DNA of 64,000 nucleotides, taken from Bigelowiella natans CCMP2755 (lineage: Eukaryota; Protista; Cercozoa). This document shows positions 39,308-52,321 of the stretch, in pieces; the first letter of the stretch is position 1, and each line of letters starts with the position of its first letter. Position numbers and translations under genes: made by a program. Location: assembly GCA_000320545.1 (NCBI GenBank), contig ADNK01000827.1, positions 1,347-65,346 of the forward strand. Reading direction: 5' to 3'. The notes beneath the pieces are model-generated. The model did not search any database. It worked only from the letters and a program-made list of their open reading frames with translations, and had not been told where the DNA came from.

Positions 39308-40454
39308 CTAATAGTCCTCTTCGAGTACCTGTCTCATTGACCGTTGTATAATCGGGAATGTGAGTCTTAGTTCTGAGGGCAAACGTTGATGATGTGTCAA
39401 ACAAATATGAAATAAAAAGGAAATATTAGAGTCATGATTACCAGATTTTTTCCTATCAAATTCAGCTTTCCCCTTTTTATCATCTACCTTCCTCGGAAGG
39501 TCAAGATATAATTTGCTGTATCGATTACGCGTGCGATGAGCCTCTTATTGGTGACATTTGATTATTTGTTTTCATTTTAAAAAAATAAATATTACAATTT
39601 CGGCGAACGAAGCAACAGCGACTCCGGAGTAATTTCGAGATCAACCTATCTCGTGTGTGTCAGGACATTTATTCCAAAAGACGATAGACAGCAAAGACCT
39701 TTGCCATAGGTTCTCCCGGAAGATTTATTTTAATTATCATTGTGTCACAACTGTGAGGGAGATAAGGATAAGGAACCTGTAAATTCTGTAGAATGATCAA
39801 GTTAGTTACCTCATACTAGAAGGATCTTTGAATCCCATGTTCATGTAGACATCTTCTGCACCAACGCTTTGTTTGTACAGCACTTCGTATTCCGGCTGGG
39901 TGAATTGAAAATAAGTCAGAGTTAGCTCATCGCAGATCAAAAACGTTCGCACCTCTTCTCTATCATCCTCCTCCTCTTCTTCAATAACTGCCGCGCTTTC
40001 GGGTACATCTTCGCTTTCCCATATATCTTTGGCATCCTTCAGTTAGGAACCAAATCGTAAAAAACTTTAGTTTAGTTAAAAAAAACCATGATGACATTTC
40101 GAAGAATCTCCACATGTCTATCTATATGAGGTTGATGAGACAAAACAAAAATCCACCTTTTGCTGGTTGCCTTTGACTACAGCTTTGAAAGGCTTTTCAT
40201 AGCCCTCCTTCTTTTCTTTTCCCGTACCATAGAGCTTTTTCACGGCTGCGTGATCTACTTGGTCGTTTGTATCGTCATCATCGATCTTCTGCGCTCGTAA
40301 AAATAATGAGTACACAGCACAAATCTATCAGAGGTTCTTGTATATTATCGAACGATCAGCGCTATCGGCACTCCGATAAGCACAAAGAGAGTACCTCCTC
40401 TTGGAGCAAGTCGTGGATGCGTGCTATATCAGAGATGCCGAGCATTGACGACAT
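39308..40454 (-). CDS. DNAAF6: Dynein axonemal assembly factor 6 (PIH1D3), multi-exon
   Basis: DIWESEDV; PEYEVLYKQSVGAEDVYMNMGFKDPSS; CDTMIIKINLPG; KLYLDLPRKVDDKKGKAEFD; LRLTFPI. Confidence 0.88.
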
Positions 40455-40802
40455 GTTGGCAGCTGATTCTGTCAAATGCATGGACAATACCGATCCATAA
40501 ATGACAATGAAAATGTAGCGAAGCATGATCATTCATGAAAAGTACGATAAAATGTTGACTGAAGCAACGCTACGACATGCCAGAAGAACGTTCTTTGAGG
40601 GAACAACTCAATAAGTGCGAGGAGGTGGAGAAACGACAGCTTACGAAAGATGAAAATCATAATGTTCGTGTATGCCCGCTCCAATGCTGATGCTGGCGTA
40701 TTGAACCTATACAAGCTCCAGCAAAGAGACAGCGCGGGGGGATGGGCAAGCCGAACTTCCAGAACGTTTTTTGGTATGTGATCATTGTTATGAGCGTTTC
40801 TT

Positions 40803-40900
40803 AGAGATAATTCAGAGATCCAGAGATCTATGGAGATCATTCAGAGATCATTTGTCAATTGCAGAGATCCTGTAGAGATACCTCAGAGATTTAGTGGAGA
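40803..40900. promoter_or_regulatory. Cluster of about eight (A/G)GAGAT(C/A/T) motifs in a divergent promoter
   Basis: agagataa, cagagatc, cagagatc, ggagatc, cagagatc, cagagatc, tagagata and cagagatt within ~100 bp. Confidence 0.5.
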
Positions 40901-40931
40901 CGACAGTCCCCAAAACACACAAACTCCCCCC

Positions 40932-42897
40932 ATGTTCATGATAATGCACAGACTGCTGTTCCTCCTCCTACCGGCTGCAGCACTTGTACCGCTCTCAAGA
41001 TTTCAGGTTCATGATAAGATTCTAGAGGACGGGGAGGCAAAGATCGAAGCGAAGGTAAGCGAAGAGCTGAAGTGGGGCGTGTGCCGGTTGCACCTACACG
41101 CGAAAACATTTGAGCCCCTTGATGTACATTTGGAAAATTAGGTTCTTCTCAACACGGAGAATGGGGAACATGCGACTGTTCTCTCAGGATGGGTTACTCA
41201 TCTCATTCGGTTCAATAAAATTATCCTTAACGATGATATCATATTCTTAGGGTGGGAAGCTAGAATTGTTGCAGTTAGTCGGCAAGGAAGGTCTACGAGA
41301 TGTGATTTACAACCACAACGGAAATGCGACTCTCATTCAGAAAGACTCGGTGCTCATATATTTACACGCAACTGAGTCGTTTAATCTCACCGTACACATC
41401 TTACAACAATGCTGCAGTCACCTGGCGCTGTCTTATGCCCCTTTTCGAATCGAGTTGCAAATGGAACATATACTTGGAACGGAAAGACACATTATCTAAA
41501 TAGAAACTCTGCCAACAACGCCATACATGGATTCCTGATTGGAGGCCAGTACGTTGATAAAAAAACATTTCGTAATGTTTCTCGAACTTATCCCGTGTGT
41601 TTCATCGCACAGGCCAATGGAGGTTGCTCAAATTTCTTCCGACGATTCACACGCAGCTGTGACCTTGAGGTTCTACAGAACATATTTCGTTAAAGGAAAT
41701 ATTGAATGAAATTGTTAAGTGTGGACCAACTTGTGGTGATGCGACATGTTGTAGTTACACGTTCGGTGGGGAGGAAGGCTACCCTTTTAATGTGAGTTTC
41801 GAGTTAACCTACACACTCGATTCCAATGGCCTTCAAGTCAAAGGGAAGGCTGAAAACATAATGGCGGACAGGTGATGGATCTGCAGCATCTATGTTCACC
41901 TAGAATGATCGAATTAAACTGAACTACATGTGTTTGAATTTTGACACAAGGTCGGCCCCATTTATGTTGGGTCTACATCCGTACTTTAAGGTAGGTAGAA
42001 GGTTGTTGAACAACAACAACAACATAGTGCTGGTAGTATTCCATGTGCAAAGTAAGATGAGACTGAGATGATGATGATGATGATGACGATGATGGTGATG
42101 GGATATAATCCTTGTTCAATCAACACACTATGAAATAGGTGAAGGATGTATCAAAGACCGTCGTGACGTTCGATCAATGCTCAAAATGGAATCACGTCGA
42201 TGTGACCCCTGTATGTTATTACGACATCTTTTTCATGGACTTCTTAGCAGCCAGATGTGTTAATGATAAGTCTACTTACCATCACCTGCTTCTCCTCAGG
42301 CACCAGATCTAATACCTATTGGAACTACAACTCCTGTCAAGCGCCCATTCGTAACTGAAACTTCTGCATTTTAGAAGAAGAAGAACAACCAAAACAAGTC
42401 TGACAAAACAGTACTATTTCTCGTTGAGCAAACCTCTTCTCTACTGCATACATACAGGATGGTTCCAGTCCAATTGGTGGAAATATCACCCATCCCACCC
42501 ACTTTGATGACGGGTTCAAAGCAATTTCATCCAGAAGACACTGTCCAAAGCTTACTACGAAGGTAAACTTTTGGGTTCCTATCCCCCCTGCAACCAATTA
42601 CAGATTTCGCGCCCAAAACAGATTAGAGATGATCAAGACGTTTTGAAGTTGTGGATGGACGATAGCTTTCGCTTTCTTCAGGTCTTGAATTTACTTAGTA
42701 AAAGTGGTTTTGCGATGTTGTCGTCGTTATGAACGATGTACATCAATTAGATCTACACTGGGGCTCCAGATAAGGGAGTTGCTGTTGAACCTCAAGCAGG
42801 CGAGACAGATTGCTGGAACAATAAAGACTCTGTCATAGCACTGCAGGCTGGTGAAATTTGGGAAGGAAGCTTTGGATTTTCAATAGAAGCCCTTTAA
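40932..42897 (+). CDS. Aldose 1-epimerase (galactose mutarotase) family protein with signal peptide
   Basis: GAVLCPFSNRVANGTYTWNGK; NAIHG; GYPF; LGLHPYF; FDDGF; LQ|IYTG; VAVEPQ. Hydrophobic N-terminus. Confidence 0.9.
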
Positions 42898-43189
42898 TTT
42901 TGAGTTGCGTGCCGCTGTTACACCGAAGTTATCTCCATGTACTGAGTGTGGGTACGGTATGTCTAGATGTGGTGCTCGCACTATTGCCTACTCTGTCCTC
43001 TCGCCTTCGTTGCATTTGTACTGTGCATAATCTAGATAATGCTACTGAACTACGTATCGTATGATAGCGCAATAATGTCTAGATGTGTGCATCGGCCATC
43101 GAGCTACATGTAACATTGCTAGTGACACATCTAGATAGTCGCTGCTGGAGCTGCTCCTGTAGCGCCAGCCACATATATACATATATGAG

Positions 43190-43277
43190 ACGGATGTGAT
43201 GAAGAATCAAATTTTTTCAATGGTCATCCTGATGTAGCTGTGCAATGCAGCGGCTACAGCGCTAATGTTGCATCTGT
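43190..43277. repeat. ~90 bp dispersed element, copy 2
   Basis: Matches 31179-31269. Confidence 0.75.
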
Positions 43278-43823
43278 ACATATATAGATATAGCACTATT
43301 GCCAGCCATTATCAAGACAGTAAACACACGCGCAGTCATTCCTAATTTGTTCATCCTATGTTCGTGCATATATATAGGAAATTTTATTTAGCGCTGCGAT
43401 GCGCTCTAGCACGCTGCAGAATTTTGGCATTGGATACGGTGCGTGTAGGCCAGATCAGATAGGCGCACATACTTAAGGGTTACGGCGGTTACAGCGCGGC
43501 AGCATCATGGTCTATGTGGTTGTGTGTGCTGTCATATTGTTTTAATCGACTTGGAAGTAGTCGAAACTTTACAGTTCGATCATCATATATTATTTATTCT
43601 GCGCAATGATCGCAGCCTTGCGATTTCAATCTTGCTAGAGCCATCCGTATGAACCGCCAATGCTCCAAATACGGTTATAAATCTCCCCAGGTCCACACTC
43701 TACAACCAGCTCTAGTTGAACTAGATGACAACAAACGTGATGAGGTTACATACTATCTTCAGTATCCAAATGGAACATTGCGCGAGAAACCATGATGACA
43801 ATAGGCCCAACCTGGTGCCATGT

Positions 43824-44198
43824 TCACGGCGCAAATAACAGCTATAGCAGCAGGCATTCATGCATGACAAGTACCGGGTCGATTCTCGGATCGTGCTCGG
43901 TGAAAACCTTCTTTCCCGTGGCAGCACAAGACGTACATATAACCTTCGGAGTGAACAATTGGAGAAGTTTGCGGCGTGGGTGATAAAACCATAAATCACA
44001 CTCGAGAGATGACTCGAGAGATGACTCTACTAGTTAAGAATGTTAGCCACACAACAACTTTCACGTTTTATACCTTTCCTAAATTCCCACAGTTTTCGCA
44101 CATTCCGCCTGTCTCGGGATTAATGCCGCTGATGCAATTAATGGGACAAAAGTAAATAACTTTCGATGGAGACTGAAGCAAAATACGCATACACGCGG

Positions 44199-44239
<41 letters not shown>

Positions 44240-44241
44240 GC

Positions 44242-44283
<42 letters not shown>

Positions 44284-47200
44284 ATGAAAGACGCCTAAGA
44301 TCACATTCCCCCTCCACAATAGATATCAGCATAAGTTCTCCCCTCATTCAACATGGCTGATAACTGCCATATATTGAACCATCATCATCATCATCATCAT
44401 TATTATCGGCACCGAGTGATCATGTTAGCCTTTTACCTGCCACCACATATGCCGCATGTTAAATACCCAGCTCCACTGCAGAAGGTACAAATCTAGGAGG
44501 AGGCATCAAGGAGGAGGAGGAGGAGGAGGAGGAGGAGGAGGAGAAGGGAGAGAAAGAGAACAGCGGAAGGTGATGATGAGAAAGGAAAAGCCCAACAGCC
44601 ATTAAAAATGAATGTAAAGATGCGTAATACCACATTCTCTATTGGTAAACTAGTGTTCTAAGCTTCTTCTCTCTTGCTTTCGTCCGTCATTATGGTGACC
44701 ATCGTCATCGCATTATTGTTATGTGACTACTACAACTATAGCTACTACTACTACTACTACTAATAATAATAATACTCCTCCTCCTACTTACGCTTGCGGC
44801 CTGTGCGTTAGCGTTGTTGACTTCTACGAGTAGTAGGGCTGTCAAGACTCCGACCATTCCTGTGTGTTTTGTTGTATATATATTCGTGAGAGACAGTTAG
44901 TGCGTGTACTGCTGCTGCTGCTGCCACCTACTACCTCCGCAAAACGAAGCAACGATGGGGTCGACTTCGGCAAGCTGAGCAGGCAGCCCAACCGAGGTGA
45001 TAAAATCATAGTAAGAGGCCCCTCCCAAGCCCATTCGCACCTAAACAACCGATGGATGATAAAATTGGAAAAATATATTGATAAGAACGATGAAGATCAT
45101 GAGTACACAGAGCGAGAGTACATTATTTGACAAGAATACTATTCTTCGGTGAACAATGACCTCGAGGAGAGGGGCAATAAGTCCGCCAAAGATAATGACA
45201 GCTGGTGTTGCAATCGAGTAGAACCTCTTATAATCCTGAATCATGGTCAAAAAGAAGAAGAAGAAGATGATGATGATAAAGAAGTAGCCAAACCAAAGGC
45301 AATAGCAAAATCACAGCAGCAATCCCGAGTTAAAAGGCGCATCTTTTCTTGTGATAGATTGTGACGACGTGATTTCTACTGTTTCATCAGCATGCTACCA
45401 CTCGTAATATAGATTAAATTAAAACGAGAATATTCTTACGGGGTTTTAATGGTACAGAAACCATGAATGGTCACTGCGGAGAGAGAAACTGCTGCTGCTG
45501 CTACTACTACTACTAATAATAATAATCGTTGCTTCACCTGGATCGTGTTCTTTGTGATAGGTGGAAAATTGGGAATAGCTGATGGAAAAGACTCCTGCTC
45601 TTGCATCTCACGCACCTTCCGTATAGCATCAATAATGGTTAATTCATAAATTATTTATAAATAATGTACTGCTCTCCAGTAGTGAATTTTGGCAAATCTT
45701 ATAATCTATCCTCCCGCTTCTTCTTTTTCTTCTTCTTCTTCTTCTTCTTCTTCTTCTTTCTTCTTCTTCTCTATGATGCTCTAACTGACTGTTTGTGTTC
45801 CCCTCATGCCGGGTGCTTTTGCTTTGATTCGCTGCTGAATCCGGAGCCTCCTAACCTGTGGTTTGTGTAGCTGTCATCAATGCAGGAAGAAGAAGAAGAA
45901 GAAGAAGAAGAAGAAGAAGAAGGAAGAGGAGGAGGAGGAGGAGGAGGAGGAGGAGGAGGAGGAGAGGAGAGGGACGTACTAGCAGTAGCAGAAGTAGGAT
46001 GATGATGATGATGATAATGATGATGATGCTGAAGATAGTTTCAATATTCCTTGTTCTATCTCAATTTTTTCCATCAACTCGATCGCACCCACATGACGAC
46101 ACATTAAAATTTTGCAGTGCGATGAGTGAAAATGAATTGCACCTCCTCCATGAGTTGGAAGATGCGGTTTCTCCTCTCCTGGATGTTGAACTCGATTTGG
46201 CCCTTTTGATCAGATGAAGAGGTGATAGGAGGAGGAGGAGGAGGAAAAAAAGAATAAAGGGGAGTTGAAGAGAGGTAAAGAATTAGGACATTGCACAAGG
46301 AACCTTTTTAAGTTAGTGTACACAACATCCAATATATCTAAATATATGAAGATATAAGTATGCTTATCGGACTCTCCCCGTATTCTTCTTCTTCTTCTTC
46401 TAATTGTTAATATAGTGATTGTTTTCATGAAACATAAGATGCCATGGGGTGCTCAAACACGCTGAATGTTCTTTCCTTCACATTGATCTCCTTTGTCTTT
46501 GTTTCTTCATTACCATGGAAAGATCGCCGTAGCGTGCGCCATTCTCACCAAGCATGATGAAGTCTGGTGGAGCAGCCTTCATAGACACAAAGGGAAGACA
46601 GGCGATTAGTTGATCGATTGTGATATAATGATATATAATGCTGATAATGACGACGATTATTAGGCGGATAATGTGAAGGGGGAAAGAAAGAGGAGAAGAC
46701 AGAGAAATCACCTCTGCGCTCAGGTTTAGCCTATTTAACGCCTCGGTCAAACTTCCGGAAAATGTGGATCCAGAGGCAACCCGAGGACCTTATTGCGTGA
46801 TAATTATGAATAGTGTGCTGATGATAACACGAATGTATGAAACGGAATAGTAGTTAGTTTCCCTAACATCCATCCCCATTCTACTGAGTTCGTTCCACGT
46901 AAAGCTAGTCTCTCATCACCTCGTGCTTGGTTGAGAGGATCGATATCATTGGGGGAAGAGGATCCTTCCGGTGCCTCCTCGAAAGTTGTTGCTGCTATTT
47001 CTTCACCATTGTTGCTAGAGCAAGAACAGATCAGAAGGGGCACACGATCACTCAAGTCAAACCTCTTCTCAGTTGATGTCGATAATGTAGGTTTCAAGAG
47101 ATTCGTAACTGAAGCAGCGGTCAGGAGTTTCTGCTTGTTTAACGTGGTTGAATGTATAGAACTACGTCGATTTATTGAACTATGAGTCGCTCGTAGTATA

Positions 47201-47295
47201 GATGAACGGTGGAGGGCGTCGACGCTGCTCATACGAGTGGTCAGCGCAAGGCAAATAGCGACAATCCCGATTACTGCTAGAGTAGACGAAGCCAC
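43824..47295 (-). CDS. OR: ORANGE protein (DnaJ-like zinc-finger chaperone of phytoene synthase) with a bipartite plastid-targeting leader; 3' end approximate
   Basis: NIQERRNRIFQLMEE|VRRLRIQQRIK; FPSAIPNFPP; IIFGGLIAPLLE|VRMGLGGASYYDFI..QLAEVDPIVA; CENCGNLGK|VICTSCAATGK..EHDPRIDP. Signal peptide followed by a Ser/Arg/Thr-rich transit-like region. Confidence 0.92.
45885..45970. repeat. (AGA)n(AGG)n intronic microsatellite
   Basis: Directly visible. Confidence 0.9.
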
Positions 47296-47899
47296 TGTAG
47301 ATGCAACCCCTCCAATCCATCTTAAAATTCAAAATCAGAAACACATCAAAATAGGCATATGTGATTCGTTTAGGAAGCAGCTGGCTCAAAATCAATCTCC
47401 TCGTAATATAACATAAAAATAAGAGAGTGGCAGAACAAACACACCCAGCTCTCCCCCCTTACCTCCTCCTGAATAAAAAGACACAACCTGCACGACACCA
47501 TTGTAGTCCCTAGTCGGTCCCTGGAAAATTGGCCGCGAGATTACTGATTCGAATGACCGTGGCGTCAAATCAAGGTGGAAGCAATGTGGGTAGTAGGGGG
47601 GTTCTCAATCGGTACTATCTGCCGGTGGGCACGTGTGTTACCAGAAGACAAGAGAAAAAGGTTAAACACATGCGATTTCACATGTACGACACGCAATTAT
47701 CGAGATCGCATTGGGATAAATCTCCGTCCTTTCCGTGCAACCTTTTTAACGAGTGAATTATGGCAATTTAATCCTGCGACAATGGTCACTGCAACCGTTC
47801 CTTCTTCTTGCTCCTCGGCCGGCGGATGTGTGTCAAGATGGACGAGGATTTTGAATGAGATCTTCAAGCTCCTGTGTTGGCTAAAATGCCATTCTTGAT

Positions 47900-50150
47900 T
47901 CCTTCTGGTTTCACTAGTTAGACCTCACTAAAGTTAGTTCGAGGCACTGCGTTTCGCACACTGAAAATGTCTTGCAACGTTTTGGAAATGCAGTTTGTCA
48001 TCATTGTTTCATTGTGTCCGAGTCCCCGTGAGTCTTCACGCACAACGTTGCTCTGTTTGCATCGGACATCCCTTCATCATGGAATCAGCCAGCACAACAA
48101 ATTTGATGTTTTTGCAATGGACATGCATGTCCTTCTTGTGGTTAGCGGAAGTGGTGGACGTGGCCAAAGTTGGGCCTGCAACGTTGAACTTCAGCACACG
48201 GACTCAATCGGCGGAAAGTGAACACGCAGCGATGTGAATGTGTGAATCAATGTTGAATGCGTTGTCATGTGCTTTGCCCATACACGGACGGCACGTCCAA
48301 ACGACAAATGAACCATGTGGAGTCACTCAGGGCAGCAATCGCCCCATCACGCACCACGCACCACTGCACGCTGGACTGGACCAGTGCATGGACCAATGAG
48401 TCGGCCCTTGACACACTCCCCTGTCTCGGATCACTGGAGACAGGCTCAAGCTACCTAGTGTTGCCACAACTAGGCGAAAAGCGCAAGTGAGCTGCGCTGG
48501 CTTTGCAAATGCAAGCGTGCACGCGTTTTTTTCGGGTGAGCGCTTGCAATGGCAATGGTCATTGTGAACACCTTGGAATGTGTTTTGACCAGTTGAAAAC
48601 GTGGCTGACATTGGTGTTTTCAGCAGCACGTAGTTCTGGCACGAGTAGTTGAAAGGCTAGATCGAAAACACCGGCGACGGCGCCGGTGATTTGAGATCTT
48701 CAGCCTGCACGTTTTGTTTTCAACGTTCAACAGTGTTCATTGAAAACAGGTTGTTTTCCGCATTGTTTTCCGCACAATTGCTTGGAGCACACGTGCGTGC
48801 GCGGTCGCGGCGAGCAGAGGGGCAATCACAGAGGACCAATGGACACGTTTTTTTGTCCACACTGGCACAGTGAACAATGCAAGCTGGCACGCCACACACT
48901 TGCATTGTCAGACACACGTGTCTCTGTGATGATGGACACGTGGTGCAAATTGCACTTGTGTGGGATGTGCACTGAGTGTTGTCGTGACCATGTATGGCAG
49001 AAAGAGTTTCCCAAACATTCATCGTCGACCCGGAAGAACAGGCTAGCAGGGCGCAGACCAGCAGGGCGCTGCAGTTGGTGGGAATCAGGTGCGCTCCTCA
49101 CTTGTTCTGGAAGGGAGTGAGAAGTCCCACAGCAACAAACACAGGCAAATGAAAAAGACCATGTGCACACAGTGTCTCTTTCTCGAAAACTTCAGTTTTG
49201 TTTTGCACTTTTGTGACACCGCATTGCAGCATGGCAACACGGAAAAAGTAAAAGTGAATGGTTGTGAGCCAAGATCAACCCCAGAACCGATCAGCCATCG
49301 GCAATGGCGGCTCGTGTTGGAGCGGCCCGGCTAGCCAACGCTCGTGTGTTTGTTTTTGCACTTGCGTGCAATGCAACGCACCTAGCAACGTTTGCGTAAT
49401 CCAACAATGACAGAATGTTGCAAGTCAAGCAAAAACTCTAGAACACTTGCAGCGGCGTGGCGGATGTTTGCATGGGTCACAGCAAGCGTTCTAAGCTATG
49501 AAGCGGCCTAGGCATTTCCCTGCTAGCCAAATGCAGTGATTCTGTCTCCATTGCCGGTTTTCATTGAAATCTGATCTGCTGATCATGGCTCAGAACTGAA
49601 CAATGAACCATGGAACAAGGGCACTTCTAGCAACAAGTGCTGGGAGTTCCAAAGAGTCCGCCTGCCCAGCAAACTCAAGCTTTTGTGATCTTAACAGGTC
49701 AGGCATTGAAAATGCTTCATTCATTCACTCATTCGTTCGTGTGCATGTCAGCAGCAATTTTGTGCTGATTCATTGAATTTTCAAAGGGGCAGGTTCATGC
49801 GTGCACAGATGCGATGTTGCGCACGTAAATCGTTGGCATGTGTTCTCTAGTTGTGTGATGTTCATGAATGGCGTCTGCAGATGGCCTGCTTCAACACCTA
49901 AATGCGCACGTTGAAACCAATCAAATGTGAATCAGCGCATTTCAATAACAAGCCGTTGCATGACAGTGACACAGTACAAGCGAGAACACTTTGCATGTGC
50001 TAAATGACACAATCACGCGCTGTGTGTGTTGCAGTGACTAGAATGAGTAGTGCGGTGCGAGCCTGCTAATCGCATTGAAGGCACCTCATATGGCCATGTG
50101 CGTCTAGATGTCATCCGCTGCTTGCAGAAAGGACATACTGCATTTGACTA
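47900..50150. other. Second TpA-depleted island (relic repeat DNA, family not recognised)
   Basis: About 20 TpA in 47941-49680, mostly in CTA/TAG context; overlapping His/Cys-rich spurious ORFs. Confidence 0.8.
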
Positions 50151-50267
50151 TGTGTGTTACACTCCATATTTCATAGCATTCATATAAGTAATCTGCTTTT
50201 ATGTTTTTACTTGCTTAAATGAACATGCTTCATACAAATACGTATAACAAATAAATTATATTTAAAT

Positions 50268-52321
50268 CTAGAAATCGGCAGGGGGGCCACCTCCATCAGA
50301 CGATGCACCTTTAACATTACTAGGTTTTGTGTAGTCCTCGTCATTAATGAATCTCGTGACTGTTTCGATGAGTTGCTCAGGAAAATCGAGCTGAGGATAA
50401 TGTCCCATGCTCGCGGGTAAGGCAAAGAGCTTTGTGGAGGTCGGTTTGGTTTCCAGCCACGAAAGAACCTGCGGAAAAAATAGGAATCGGGATGCTGTAA
50501 GTTGAACCATCCGATGATCAAATCATGAGCGAGAGGCAACAGCATAAAAATTAGAAACCACATAAAAGATTCTCTTTTCATCATATCTACCATCTTTTCT
50601 TTATTCATCACCTGATCTAGTGCGAGATATTTATCATCCGTTCCCCATGGTATAAGTGTCGGGTTCCTAAATCTCTCCGCCGCCATACTCACCTATAGTT
50701 GGTTATCAAGCATAATCTTTACGATGTATACGACAATGAGGACAAATCGTATAATCGGATAACACCTTAGACAAAAGCTGCTCGAAGTTCAAATCCTTCA
50801 TCACAGTCTCAAAACTGAGACGCGCGTCCTGATAAGTTAATTGAATATCAACACTACATGCCATGTGAACGAAGCAAAAATTGTGTTATACTTATCAAGA
50901 ATATAAATAGACGACGACTACTTATCATTACCTCAGAGCTCTCGTAGGGCATTTGCAGGTTTTGATAATCTAGCAAACAGGCAATAATTTTCCCAAAATT
51001 TTCAACCACAGTAATTAGGATTATGAATAAAACTCCAGGCAATCGTAAGTACCGGTGTAATTGAACGCGTAGGGACCTCCAGCAGCGTGATACATACCCG
51101 CATCAGGGTTCTTCCCAAAAGCAAAGTTCTGCTCACACATATCAGCATTGTTCCCACCAGTCATCCCTCGCACAATTTATCAGTCATCATGATCATCTTC
51201 TTCGCTCTCGTCCTCTCCCCGCTTCAAACCACCTTAAACATTCCTGTGTATGAACTCAGAGGTGCCGGAAGCTTCGATTTAGCCCCGAGAGGTGTGTTGA
51301 GGATTACAAGCTTCTCCACCAAATCTGGATTTTCAGCTGCGAATAGAATGCCGTACTGACCGAGAATGTACCCCTGAAAAAAACAAGTAATTTCATTAGT
51401 TTTCTCTTCGCCGCATAGTAACACATGACAAGTTTTTGAGTAACAGATAGACTCAGACATGGTCAACAATATCATCGTGTACATCATTATTTTGTCCTCA
51501 TGATCGCAACTGCATTGAGACGCCGAGCGCGTTTAGCAACCTGGGTGATAAAGACGAATGGTTTCTTGATGCCAATGGCGTCGACGAAGGATTTTAGCCC
51601 TTTGGTGTAGTCTTCAGACTTATATCCAAAATTACTTTCTGAGGGTTTCGAGCTCTGGCCAAATCCCGGCCAATCAAACGCTACAGCATCGTAGCCGTCC
51701 CTTTGAAGTAGCTTCAAAGTATCACCATAGGTATAGCTCGAGGATAGGATTCCGTGCGCACAAACAATCGTAGGCTTTGACTCATCCCCACCTTCTGTCC
51801 TGAGATAGCTCCAAGATACGCCGTCGACATCGATGGATGATCTTTGAGCCCCAGAGAGGTTATCAAGGGGGTTCTCCACAGGTTCGGGTTTCTCACCTGG
51901 ATTTTGCCGCTCATATGCTCCACCATCTCCAAATATTGCGGCATGTGAGACCAACGAATGGTCACGATGATAAGTGTTCTGCTGCTGATTTTGAGCTGGA
52001 AAGCACCTTGGACCTTTCAAAGCCTGAGTGCAACCCTTAAATCCACACCTTATCAATATTATCCAGAGAATGTTAGACATCAGCAAATTGCATGCGAGAT
52101 AAGTATAATTCTACCTTGAGAGTCGCTGTGCTGAATTCTGAATGGACACCGAGCCTGTGGCCAGATGCGAAATTCGAATTTGGGATGTGTATAACACAGC
52201 TACAGCCTGTCGGAGAACAATGTAAGGAGTCTTCATACCGGTTGAAACCCTTTCAACCCAGCCCATTTCCTAATAATTCGTTTATGACCATGACAGCTGA
52301 TATCAGAAGTGCCCTCCTCAT
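50268..52321 (-). CDS. Alpha/beta hydrolase fold protein (haloalkane dehalogenase-like), probably plastid- or ER-targeted, multi-exon
   Basis: IVCAHGILSSSYTY; AFDWPGFGQSSKP; FITQ|GYILGQYG; LVILNTP; WGTDDKYL; GHYPQLDFPE. Hydrophobic N-terminus MRRALLISAVM. Confidence 0.8.

Noticed and set aside
43196-43235. C/D box snoRNA (GTGATGA..CTGA)
   Set aside because: The boxes are too close together and are absent from the sister copy at 31179.
45858-46217. Poly-Arg/poly-Met ORF and similar YIYI/CVCV/SLSL ORFs elsewhere
   Set aside because: These are translations of intronic microsatellites.
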